Shown here one piece after another: positions 30,875 through 41,700 of a DNA stretch of 64,000 nt (position 1 is its first letter; every line of letters starts with the position of its first letter). Source of the DNA: a virus; the IMG/VR virus record IMGVR_UViG_3300021962_000061, positions 1-64,000 of that record; one strand, given 5' to 3'. Under the pieces are notes generated by a model, which searched no databases, had not been told where the DNA came from, and saw only the letters and a program-made list of their open reading frames with translations. Both the position numbers and the translations under genes were made by a program.

Positions 30875-33800
30875 TTATACATTTCTCAAATTTACTCTAA
30901 GATCGGAGTTCTTGGAATATGGCAATGACCCACTTCTATCACCACCACCAACTACAATAGTATTGTTAGTAGTAGTTGATGAGCTGGCAGTATTTGCATT
31001 CTTAAGAGTAAACACCTGAGAAGTATTACCAATGGAATTTGCATAACCGTTTGACAAGTAGAAGTCAGCCTTAACCAAAACTTTTGTCTCTGCACCAAAT
31101 GTATTGTTTGAATATAATGTCAATATATCATTTTCTACACGTGGTGACGAAGCAATTGAGTTTGACGTTAGACCAGTTATTACCAAGAATGAAGCTCCGG
31201 AACCAGCACTTGTATTTGATGTTGAGTTTGCCAGCACGCTGGAGTTTGAAACTCTAATACGAATCTGGTTAACTGGTTTAATTGTTGTACCAGGTACAAC
31301 ATTGGTATATTCAACATATACAACATCACTTACTGCTGCATTAGCTGTGTTGGCTGTATCGCCATTATTAATCAACTTCAGTGTCGTGCCGCTATCAACC
31401 CAATAATCTGTACCACCTATTTGCAGAACACCATTAATTGCAACTTGAATACTTGTGTTTGTTGAAGTTGTTGATAGAGTAAAGTCATTGTTTGAAGTAC
31501 TATTTGCTACAAACGAATCTGGTGTAGTAATAGTACCGTCTGTGAAATTACCTCTGCCTGTAACTTTTACTAGTACAATGCCTCCAGTTGTATTAGTTTG
31601 GATTGAAGCGTATCCATCTACTTGACCATTAGAGAACTGAATTGTATCACTGTTGGAGTAGTTTGAACCACCTGCTGTTACGTATACCTGTGTGATATTA
31701 GCATACGATATAGCTGGCAAAGGATCACCACTCTGAGTAGTTACTGTCCATACAACATTACCCTGGTAATCAATGGCTGGCTGAGCCAAAATCTTCAGTG
31801 TTGTGTTTGAACCAAGTGACAAGCCAGCATTATATGTTAGCATGTTATATGGTAGTGTATCTACTGCTAAACCAAGACCAATATCTGTTGTGTATTGAGA
31901 CCAGTCGCCATATGCTTTTAGGTCAGAATAATCATCAAACAAACTTGGAATTAATCTTAGCAGCATTCCCTCTGGATTTGTTGGTGTACCAGGAGCTGCA
32001 ATGCCACCAGTCTGCAATAGTTTTGTTAGTCTAATTTGTTTAGCAAATTCTCTTGTTGCACCAGCTGATGTTGTTATTGCCAACGACACAATCACATCTT
32101 CAACCGAATTCAATGTATCGAAGGATATCGTATGGGGCCCAACACCTGTAGCGGTATTTGAAGAGCATGTAATCAAACCAGGAACAGCACCAAAGTTCCA
32201 TGAGTAAGATGTAATTGTACCTTGGTTTGTATAGCTGTCATCAGTAAATGTTAGTACAAATGTACCATTAGCAGTTATGCCATTTGTAACAACTGATGTT
32301 ATAGTTGTATTACCTGTAAATGTATAATGAGCAAACAAGTTAGATGATGGTGTTGTGTTACCTGGTTGTGGATTGCCTGGATTTTTAGGTGGATCATTGG
32401 CTGAAATGTCAATTGTAAAGAATGTCTGCGCAATGGATTCATCTGAACCAGCAGCTAGTGATTCGCGATTAACCAATGTTAATTTGTGAACACCAACCTT
32501 AATTGTAGCAGCTGGAAGAATAAATTTACCAATAATTTCACCACGCGAATCACTAACTAATGGTGTACCCCATGGTGTAGTTCTTGTAACGAATGTTTCA
32601 TCCTGAGCATTAGGTGTTGAACTTAGTTCACCCAATGCTGCTTGTGAGGTCAAATTGTATTGATTATCAATAAACAAATAGTGAGTTGTATTTGGCTTCA
32701 AGCCATAGGCCTTAAAGGCAAATACACTTTCTTTTGCTTGATACAATACACTTGGTGACATTGTAACATTATCATTGTCGCCAAGAACATCGTTCAAATC
32801 AATCTGCTTAGATGTAGCAATAGGTGTAGATGTTTGATCTCTAATTTCATTAAATGCTTTACCACTTGTATCGCGATACTGGAACAAGTCACCTGCGCCG
32901 CCTATGTACATATAATCTGTTGGGTCAATATTTAAGCGCCAGAAGCCATACTGGGCTATACCCGGCACTATCGAGTTTTGACCTGAATTCATATTGTTGT
33001 ATGCAAGTGAAGGTCCATTGGTACCAGTAACAGCTGCTGGAGGTGCTAGGTAGTCAACGCGAGTCGACTTCAATGGTCTTAGATCAATGGTACCCGCCCA
33101 AGACAAAGGAACACCCGATACGTTCAATGGTTCAGATGCGTTAGGCTGCTCTAAGAATACTTCTTCCGTATACGCAAGAGTAATCATACTACCTGTTGCT
33201 TGAACATTAGAGTATGAGTTTGTATTAGTATCAAATTCAACATCAACAATTTCTGGATGGAAAGGTGGTCTTAGTAAACCATTCTTTTCATCAATAGCTG
33301 CTCTATAGTCTGGATCTTCAGTTCTACCAAACACATGACTGTTGAATGGATCAACAAAGAAACCATTTTGGAATCTTTGATTACCTGAGCTATCGGCAAT
33401 AGTTGTTTGTAATGCAACCTTTTCTAATAAGTTTAAAGTTGTATAATATTCTAGTCTCTCAATTCTCTGTTCAAGAATCGAAATGTCACGCATTGTGAAA
33501 CGCTTATGTGTTAACAAATTTAGCTGAGTGATGTAGTGGAATTTAGGCTTATTGACGAATTGTTTTTCGGCATCTGTTAATGAAGGATATGGAGGAATAT
33601 CAACTTCAGCAATATTCAACACATCAGAGTTCATTGGAGATAGTCTTGGTGCTACATCCGGCAGCCCTTCTTCGACTTGGAACAACTTATCGCTTGTTAA
33701 TACAAGTCTATCCTTTCTACCTAGGTAGTATGTAAAGTTAGATGATAGGACTGATGTTGGGAAAGGATTGTAATTTGTTGTATTGGAATTGAATGTGTTA

Positions 33801-36697
33801 GTAACAGGTGGGTTAACTGTAGCTGTTGTAAATTCAGCTGTTAGGTTAGCTGTATTTGATTTGTATGGTCGGAAGTCAATTACATCTCTTAGATCATAGC
33901 TTGTATTTGCTGTAGAAGAGAAGTACTTTGGAATTTCCCATGTTCTGATATACAAACTTGCATTAGCATTTAATGTGTCGTTTGCTGGATAAGAATCAAC
34001 AGAGAAGAAACCTTCACCAGTTGTAGCATTTACAACAAAGCAATCAAATTCAACCAACATATGGACGTTAGCTAAACTGCCAAGACCTGACAATGGGTTG
34101 ATCGATAGGGTTGCATGGTCATAATGGGTATCATTTTGGCCATCATTTAGTGCAAACTTATTAACCTGGTTTTGTAAGATATTAAAGTTGGATGAATTAG
34201 TGCCAAAATATACACCTGTTAGGTTGAATACATCCGGTATACCTAAATTCCACGGACCAGTTTCTCCACCAGCATTATTTGCTGTATTAATAATTACAAC
34301 TCTCTTTCTATTAACATCCTTCTTCAATTCGCTTGCTTCATTATTGTAGGCATAGAATCTTACAGCTACATTAGAAGTACCAACATATGTGGAGCCTAGA
34401 TTAATTGTTGCTGTTTCTCTATTAACAGCTACTGACAATGATCTCTTTGAACCAGCTGAAGTGTTAAGAGCAATATGTGATCCTTCTACATGTATTCTTC
34501 TATATGTGTTTGCCACTGCTGTTACGGCAGAATCTACAGTCATTGTTGTTGCGTCTGTAATTGCAGTGATTCTTCTTGTTTGGCTTGCACCAATAAATTC
34601 AATATATTCACCTACAACAAAGTCTTCATTAAATGTTGTTGTAGTACCTGTAATAATATTAGTTGCGGATGCTGCAACTGTGCCTGCTAAGTTGGCAGAC
34701 GAAGCATTTGCATCTAACAAGACTACATCTGCTAGTAGTTTAGAAGAATCAGAACCGTCACTGAAGCCAACGATGCCCTTCAATGCGCCAATACCAAATG
34801 TTATAGTGCCACCGGAAATTAACTGGGCAGTTGTATTTGCTGCTGTATAGAAATAATTAGTATCAAACACGTTGTTTGAATTTCTCAGATTTTTTACAGC
34901 ACGAGCATTCAGATTAAATAGCAGTTGTGGTACAGATGATTCCTTAACGACAGCTAGGCTGTTATCTAGAACAATGTCGGCAAATGCCTCTGTGTTAGTT
35001 GAGTTTGCGGTACCACTGTGGTAAACAATTGATCTAATGTCCTGTGGATTAGATCCATTATTCATTCTGATATTAAACAAATACAATCTATACTGGGAAG
35101 TTGGTTTGCCTTTTGTGCTATCAAATGTGTCGTTAAACTTAACAGCTCTCACATTAGCGTAGCCAATGATTGAACCTGTTGCAGCGGCACCAGGAGATCT
35201 ATTTCCTGACACAGCATCTTGAGCTGCTGAGTATAAGACCACCTCTGTTGATTGGTTGACAGGGAAATAACCCCTAACCTCATCCACAACATAATAATTA
35301 CCATACGATACAGTAATTAATGCTTCATTTACAGATAATGTATCTGTGCCTCTTCTACCAACAACATTAAGGTTGTCTAGCAATTCAATTCTCTTACCCT
35401 TGACATAGGCAAGACCTTGTGTCACTTCATATACCATATTATTGGTGCTAGTGAAGTCTGGTTTTGTTGTTACACTAAATGGTTTGATTACATAATGGCC
35501 TGATTCTTCGTATGTTCTTTTAGCTAGTTCTTCACCCAGTGTGTTGAACTGAGTATCTGTTCTTTGGAACACAGGTCCATTATTTGAAAATTCTACAATT
35601 GGGAATGCAATATCAGTGTTTGAAATTGTATTTGCGCCAGTCTTATTACGCGAAATCAACGTTGATGTTAGCTTTAGTCTATGAGCACCGGGTGCATTGA
35701 TATTTGGTGTACCAGAAGCATTGTCATATAAGGAGCTGTCTGTTGTTTCTTTTACAATTTCTTCACTAGTATTAAAATATAATACCTTACCAGCAGGATC
35801 TCTTCCATTTTCATTGACGATAGTCAAATGTGACTCAACTTTAATAAAATGACCTTTGTGGAAAACAATACCAGGGCTAACAGCTACACCATAAGCAAAC
35901 CCTTTTGAGTCATAAAGGGATGCGTTTGTAGCTAAGACTTGAACTGAGTCAATAAATGAGTTAGAGTATGGGATTAAATTAATACTGTCAATTGTTGCTG
36001 AAATATTTGTGTCTGTTGATACAACTACTGTTTCACCAGCTGCAAATTTCTTTCTTACATTTCTTAATTCAACAAAGGAGCCGGAACCATTAGCGTATGC
36101 ATTAACAATAAAACCACGTGCAAGTGATGTTTGGTTAATAATTCTTGCGCCAGTTGGAAAATTCAAGCTATTAGCTGTTGAAGCAGAAGTTATCTTCAAA
36201 ACAGTCTTATCAATGTAGGTCTTGCCAGGTATGTAAATATTTAAATATTCACCTTCAGCAAATGTTCTTTCGTTGTTGCTACCTGGTTGCGTATACTTAA
36301 CAAAAAATCTAGCAGGATTTGCTGTTGCTGAAAACCCCTCTCTTGCAGCAACAATTTGTGCTACAACACCAGTAGTATTACCAACAGCAATGGCATTAAC
36401 AAACTGAGTGTTTGTGGATGATAGTGATGTATTTGTAACAAACTGATCAGCAATTGAAACAAAATCAATATCTGGAAGATAGGAAATACCACATCCTTTA
36501 ATAATTGTGCCATCTTTAAAGATGTGCTGGCCAAATCTCTCAATTTGATTTTGTAGAATTGATTGAGCTTGGTTTAGTTCACGAGCTTGGACGGCAACGG
36601 ATGGTCGGAATAGAATTCTGTGGAAATTCTTATTCTCATTGTAATCATCAAAATACGGGGACGCATTTAATGTTGTATTTGCTATGTCAAGGGCCAT
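30875..36697 (-). CDS. large virion structural protein (DUF4815/VrlC-like)
   Basis: SPYFDDY...FHRILFRP..AVQARELNQAQSILQNQIERFG; RTYEESG; RFTMRDI..LEQRIERLEYYTTL; GFFVDPF. Confidence 0.88.
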   Translation of the reverse strand: MALDIANTTLNASPYFDDYNENKNFHRILFRPSVAVQARELNQAQSILQNQIERFGQHIFKDGTIIKGCGISYLPDIDFVSIADQFVTNTSLSSTNTQFVNAIAVGNTTGVVAQIVAAREGFSATANPARFFVKYTQPGSNNERTFAEGEYLNIYIPGKTYIDKTVLKITSASTANSLNFPTGARIINQTSLARGFIVNAYANGSGSFVELRNVRKKFAAGETVVVSTDTNISATIDSINLIPYSNSFIDSVQVLATNASLYDSKGFAYGVAVSPGIVFHKGHFIKVESHLTIVNENGRDPAGKVLYFNTSEEIVKETTDSSLYDNASGTPNINAPGAHRLKLTSTLISRNKTGANTISNTDIAFPIVEFSNNGPVFQRTDTQFNTLGEELAKRTYEESGHYVIKPFSVTTKPDFTSTNNMVYEVTQGLAYVKGKRIELLDNLNVVGRRGTDTLSVNEALITVSYGNYYVVDEVRGYFPVNQSTEVVLYSAAQDAVSGNRSPGAAATGSIIGYANVRAVKFNDTFDSTKGKPTSQYRLYLFNIRMNNGSNPQDIRSIVYHSGTANSTNTEAFADIVLDNSLAVVKESSVPQLLFNLNARAVKNLRNSNNVFDTNYFYTAANTTAQLISGGTITFGIGALKGIVGFSDGSDSSKLLADVVLLDANASSANLAGTVAASATNIITGTTTTFNEDFVVGEYIEFIGASQTRRITAITDATTMTVDSAVTAVANTYRRIHVEGSHIALNTSAGSKRSLSVAVNRETATINLGSTYVGTSNVAVRFYAYNNEASELKKDVNRKRVVIINTANNAGGETGPWNLGIPDVFNLTGVYFGTNSSNFNILQNQVNKFALNDGQNDTHYDHATLSINPLSGLGSLANVHMLVEFDCFVVNATTGEGFFSVDSYPANDTLNANASLYIRTWEIPKYFSSTANTSYDLRDVIDFRPYKSNTANLTAEFTTATVNPPVTNTFNSNTTNYNPFPTSVLSSNFTYYLGRKDRLVLTSDKLFQVEEGLPDVAPRLSPMNSDVLNIAEVDIPPYPSLTDAEKQFVNKPKFHYITQLNLLTHKRFTMRDISILEQRIERLEYYTTLNLLEKVALQTTIADSSGNQRFQNGFFVDPFNSHVFGRTEDPDYRAAIDEKNGLLRPPFHPEIVDVEFDTNTNSYSNVQATGSMITLAYTEEVFLEQPNASEPLNVSGVPLSWAGTIDLRPLKSTRVDYLAPPAAVTGTNGPSLAYNNMNSGQNSIVPGIAQYGFWRLNIDPTDYMYIGGAGDLFQYRDTSGKAFNEIRDQTSTPIATSKQIDLNDVLGDNDNVTMSPSVLYQAKESVFAFKAYGLKPNTTHYLFIDNQYNLTSQAALGELSSTPNAQDETFVTRTTPWGTPLVSDSRGEIIGKFILPAATIKVGVHKLTLVNRESLAAGSDESIAQTFFTIDISANDPPKNPGNPQPGNTTPSSNLFAHYTFTGNTTITSVVTNGITANGTFVLTFTDDSYTNQGTITSYSWNFGAVPGLITCSSNTATGVGPHTISFDTLNSVEDVIVSLAITTSAGATREFAKQIRLTKLLQTGGIAAPGTPTNPEGMLLRLIPSLFDDYSDLKAYGDWSQYTTDIGLGLAVDTLPYNMLTYNAGLSLGSNTTLKILAQPAIDYQGNVVWTVTTQSGDPLPAISYANITQVYVTAGGSNYSNSDTIQFSNGQVDGYASIQTNTTGGIVLVKVTGRGNFTDGTITTPDSFVANSTSNNDFTLSTTSTNTSIQVAINGVLQIGGTDYWVDSGTTLKLINNGDTANTANAAVSDVVYVEYTNVVPGTTIKPVNQIRIRVSNSSVLANSTSNTSAGSGASFLVITGLTSNSIASSPRVENDILTLYSNNTFGAETKVLVKADFYLSNGYANSIGNTSQVFTLKNANTASSSTTTNNTIVVGGGDRSGSLPYSKNSDLRVNLRNV

Positions 36698-36709
36698 TCC
36701 TTTACTCCA

Positions 36710-38773
36710 TTAGAACGTAATTACAAGTCTGACTTGTTCGTTTGTAGTATTTGATCTTTGAATTGGTAAAACATTTTGTATGTACAAAATTTCACCGGAA
36801 TATAGTTTAGCATCAGGAATTGTTGTTATATAGGTATTACCAATCACCTTAGAGTATTTAGCTCCCGAAGCAGCAATGGTTGGTGTAGCTGCATCCCCTA
36901 CAACATAGCCAACACCTGTTATTAATGTGTCGTTGACAAATGTATTAGCACTGCTTATACCACGAGTTTGATCCTTATCCAGTCCTGTTAATACAATAGT
37001 TGAACTGTTGGAAAATGCTACTTTAGCCATTATCTGGGACCCGCCCCCAGAATTATTAGATCCAACCACATATTCACCTGGAATTAATGACTGAGTTGCG
37101 TCTTGCGTTGCTGTTACTGCTACTGTTTGGTTAAAGAATGATCCTGAAAATCTTGGTCTAATTGTTAAAGCTTCAGCTACAACAGTACGTGAGAACGGAG
37201 ATTTAATCTTCAAACTTGTATCACTAACAACTTCAGTTACTTCTTTTTCTTCGTCCAAATAAACAATATAATCGCCAACGTTTACCTGGGCTGTAAAATA
37301 TGTTCCTGTTCCAGTAACAGATGTGCTATCAGCAACCAGATCCATTGTCCCTGTTCCTGTTATTGTGTTTGCAGCAAGAGGATTTTTAATGATACCTACA
37401 GATCTAAACTCAACTTCTGATGAATGCGAAAATGTTGCTGAATTGGAGAACTGCATACCAATACCAATAGATTGGCAGTATAATTCATCCACTACATTGA
37501 AGCCATGGCCACCAGGTGGTGATATTACTGCTCTTACTACTGCACCACTACCAAATCCTGTGGACGTCTGAATGTTTACATTAGCTTGCTTATAATTTTT
37601 GCCAGGATTTACAATCTCAATTTTTTGAATGCTACCAGTAAATGTAGTGTTTGAAACATTCTGCATTATAGCATAAGCAATACAATTTGATCCCGTTTTA
37701 GAATTAATCTTTACATACGGTGATATAATATATGGCTGATTATTAGCAACATCTCCTGTGTTAAATGGTGTTTTAACTATAGCAAAATTACCACTGCTGT
37801 TAGAAACATATTCACGAATTTCTTTAACGTATGTTTGATTTGTTGTGTCGTTAGTAATAATTAATGCACAGTTTGAAAAGAATCCATTTGTGGATGAAGA
37901 ATCGCTGTCAATTCCAATAACAAAATTATTATTGTTTAATGTTGAAATGGTTCCACTATCAGCTGGATAACTTGAGCCATTTGCTTCAACTGCAAAGTAG
38001 AAAATGGATCCTTCAATTGCCGCATTTTTAACATTTGCATTTTGAAAAATGGGAATAAAGTTATCTGTTGCAAATGTTAGAAAATCACTGTTATTAATTT
38101 CATACAAAAATAACCATCTATAACCATCCGACTCCTTAGGTGGATATCCCAGCTCAATATGTGTAGGTTCAATTGTTGACCTTCCATCATTGTTATTTTC
38201 AATACATTTGTAAACTTTATTTTCTGATGTTAATACGTAAAAGCTTTTTTCAATTAACTGTGTATCTTTATCGTCATATTTTGAATACAACGTGTTTGCT
38301 TGCCAGACAGTTTTTGAAGCCATTGGAATAACATTATTAGCAGTAATTTTTCTGCCAAACATCATTTCTTCATGCATGAATATGTTACTTTCATATTCAT
38401 TATCAATTGTATTTGCAGCAGTTGCTTCATCATCTTCATAAGGGGACTGTCGAGCAGCAAACACATAATAATTGTTATTAACTAACTTACCTTTCTTATA
38501 TGTGTTTGCTGAATATACACTACTAAATGATGCTGCTGTGGATAGATGTGTTGCATTAGTAATGCTTATAATTTGACGGGATTCAGGACCAATAAAAATA
38601 CGGTCATTGACCGTAACCTCGTTAACAAAATTTGTACCAACCCCAACCACAGTTGTGGATGTGGTATTTACGGTAATTGTACCTGATAAGTTAGCACTTA
38701 AAGTATTAGCAATAGAATCTATAAATGCGTCAACTATATTGGACTTGAATCTTGTTAACATTCTATTTCCCAA
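36710..38773 (-). CDS. gp8: baseplate wedge protein
   Basis: FYVLTSENKVYKCIENN, DGYRWLFLY, ISPPGGHG..VVDEL, GEILYIQN..PIQR. Confidence 0.85.
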   Translation of the reverse strand: MGNRMLTRFKSNIVDAFIDSIANTLSANLSGTITVNTTSTTVVGVGTNFVNEVTVNDRIFIGPESRQIISITNATHLSTAASFSSVYSANTYKKGKLVNNNYYVFAARQSPYEDDEATAANTIDNEYESNIFMHEEMMFGRKITANNVIPMASKTVWQANTLYSKYDDKDTQLIEKSFYVLTSENKVYKCIENNNDGRSTIEPTHIELGYPPKESDGYRWLFLYEINNSDFLTFATDNFIPIFQNANVKNAAIEGSIFYFAVEANGSSYPADSGTISTLNNNNFVIGIDSDSSSTNGFFSNCALIITNDTTNQTYVKEIREYVSNSSGNFAIVKTPFNTGDVANNQPYIISPYVKINSKTGSNCIAYAIMQNVSNTTFTGSIQKIEIVNPGKNYKQANVNIQTSTGFGSGAVVRAVISPPGGHGFNVVDELYCQSIGIGMQFSNSATFSHSSEVEFRSVGIIKNPLAANTITGTGTMDLVADSTSVTGTGTYFTAQVNVGDYIVYLDEEKEVTEVVSDTSLKIKSPFSRTVVAEALTIRPRFSGSFFNQTVAVTATQDATQSLIPGEYVVGSNNSGGGSQIMAKVAFSNSSTIVLTGLDKDQTRGISSANTFVNDTLITGVGYVVGDAATPTIAASGAKYSKVIGNTYITTIPDAKLYSGEILYIQNVLPIQRSNTTNEQVRLVITF

Positions 38774-38782
38774 ACCTTACTT

Positions 38783-41700
38783 TTAATTATTTATATAAAC
38801 GGTATCATAATTTGTTTGGATAGCCGTTTCATATGCAGTTGTAGTTGTTTTGTCAGTTACTATGCTTGTAGCTGTTGTAACAGTTGTATCAAGATCAGTA
38901 TCTTTATATACTGTATCAAATGTAGTAATAACTTCTGTTGTTCTTGTGGTATCTCTTACGTATTCAAACGTCTGTGTATTAGTTAGAATATTTGTTGCTC
39001 GACTGGTTAATTTACTACCTGTTAAAAATACAGTTGTAAGTTCAACGTCTGTTAAAGTATCAAACTCGGTAATTCTATCCTTATAATCAATAACAGTAGT
39101 CGTAGATTTTGATGTTAACTGTTGTGTTTGGCCAGAAGCTGTATTATACGTTGTAGATGTTAAAAACGAGGTTGATGTCTGTGTCGATACAGCAGAAAGA
39201 GTGGATTTTGATGTAGCAGTTGACTTTGTAGTTAGCAAAGCGGAAACAGTAGTTGAAGATGTTTCAAATGCTGTTGATGTGATTGATGTAATTGTACTTG
39301 TTGTCTTTGATGTAGCTGTTTGGAATTGTGTAATCAGTATAGAATCAGTCACTTTGGCTGTGTCAGTTAAAAATGCCGTTGTTGTAGTTGTTGAAGTATA
39401 TGTGTCTCTTGTGGTATTAAATGTTGTTGATCCAAAAGGCGTTGTTAAAAATACTGTATCATAATCTGTTGAAGTTGTCTTACCACCCTCATAGCGAGTG
39501 AATGCAGTAGTGGTTGATTTTGATGTGGATGTTGTTACATCTGTGTCAAGTGCTGTGTCTTTATAAACCGTATCAAATGTAGTTGTAGTAGCTGCAGAAG
39601 ATTGGGTAATAGCAAACGTTGTATCAAATGTAGTGGACGTTGATAATGTTGTGTCATACCCAGTTGTTGTGTTGAATGTTGTTAATGTGTTTTTAACAGT
39701 GGATGTGGTAACATCTGTATCCAGCGAAGTATCTTTATAGGTTGTTGAACCTGTGGTGCTTGTTAGCTTGGATGTTGCTGTACTCTTTGTTGTACCAAAT
39801 GTAGTCAGTGTATTTCTAGAAGTGGACAATGTTGTATTTGTATATGTACTTCTTGCAGTTTCAAATGCAGTAGAATATGCTGAAAGATACTGAGTGGTTG
39901 TATTAAATGTAGTATCATAAACAGTATTGTATACTGTTAATGTTCCTACTGTGGTGGCTGTATCCTTTGATGTTTGGCCAGGGTTTGTATTAATAACTGT
40001 ATTGAATGATGTGGTTGTAGTACTAGATGTAAAGAACCCACTTGAAGTGACATAAGTTGTGTTTGTTGTCTTAGATGTACTAATTGTGGTATCAACAAAT
40101 GTTCCAGCCCCAGAGTTTGTTTGATATGAAGTGTTATACGAAGTTGTTGTTCCAATTGTAGTTAAATACACTGTACCAATAACAGTCTCAAAAACTGTGG
40201 TTGTATCATAATCACCTGACATTGGATATAGTGTATCAGTTATAATGTCAGTAGATCTTGTTGTTGCCTTTGATGTTACGCTTGACGTTATTGTAATTGT
40301 GCCCTTAGATGTAAGACCCAGGGATGTAGCAGTTGTTTTGGATGTAGAAGTTGTAACATCTGTTTCAAGAGCAGTATCTCTAAACAGTGTTAAGAAAGTT
40401 GTAGCTGTACTTGAGGTTGTTATATAAGATGTTGTTGTTTGATTGCCTGTATCATAACCAGTATCAAATGCAGTTGATGTATTTACAGATGTCGAAAACA
40501 CAGTATCAAATGTTGATGTAGTTGATTTGGTTGTTGCATAATTTGTAGCGTACGCAGTTGCAGTTGTCTTAGCTGTATCAATATTAGTATCGTAGGTTGT
40601 AGAAGATGTAATTACTGTACTTGATAATGTGTCAAATGCTGTTGTTGTATTTTTAGAGGTAATAACATCTGTTTCAATACTTGTTATATAATCAGTATCA
40701 TATACTGTAGATGTTGACTTAGATGTTATGGATGATGTTGAAGTATTACGGGCTGTATTGTATGCAGTTGCAAATTCTGTAGAAGAGTCATACACAGTTG
40801 TAATTTCTGTACCTCTTCTTGTATCGTATGTGGTATTAATAACTGTACTTGTTGAGTATTCAGTAACGCGAGACACCGTAGCAAAGTTACTTACAAATAC
40901 TGTAGATCTACTGGTTGTTGTTGGCTTGTCAGTTGCTTGTGAAGTATTGAAGTATGTTATCACCTCAGTACCCTTAGACAAAGCTGTTGCTCTAGATGTT
41001 GATATGGACGTGTCAAATGTTGTTGATGTATCAAATTGTGACACATATCCAGTTGTAGTGCTCTTTGATGTACTGTACTGGGATGCATACTCAGTATCTA
41101 CTACTGTGTTGTAAAGACTTGAAGTCGTTCTGGCAGTGGCCTTCACAAGGTCTGTGTTGCGACTATCACTCAATGTTGTTTCATAAGAAGTTGCAATTGA
41201 TGTTGATGTGTCAATAGTTGTATCTGCAACACTGTCATATGCTGTAGTTGTTGATACGTTTGTTGATAAAGATGTGTTGAACGCAGATGCTGTAGTTTTT
41301 GAGGTAGCAACTAACGTATTATAAGTTTCGTATGTTGTTACAAAAACGCTACTGTAAACTGTGTCGTATACTGAAGTAGTTGCAATTAATGTTGGGTTTG
41401 TAGTAGCAACAACTGTGTCACGCAATGTGTTTCTGTTTTGGAACACAAACTCTGTGTCAGTAACTTTGGATGTTAAAACATTTGTATCTACAGAAGTTAT
41501 AATACCAGCAACCGTTTCATATTGCGTTTGATACGTTGAACTGTAAACAGTTTGTGTAGCTAGGATAACATATGTTGTTGTAGTGTTAACATCTGTATCC
41601 CGTGAGGTTGAGCGGTTTGTTGTACTAGCAAATGTAGTAGCCGTGTTTCTACTTTCATCCACACCGGTATCATAAGTTGTTGTAGTATCAAAAATTGATG

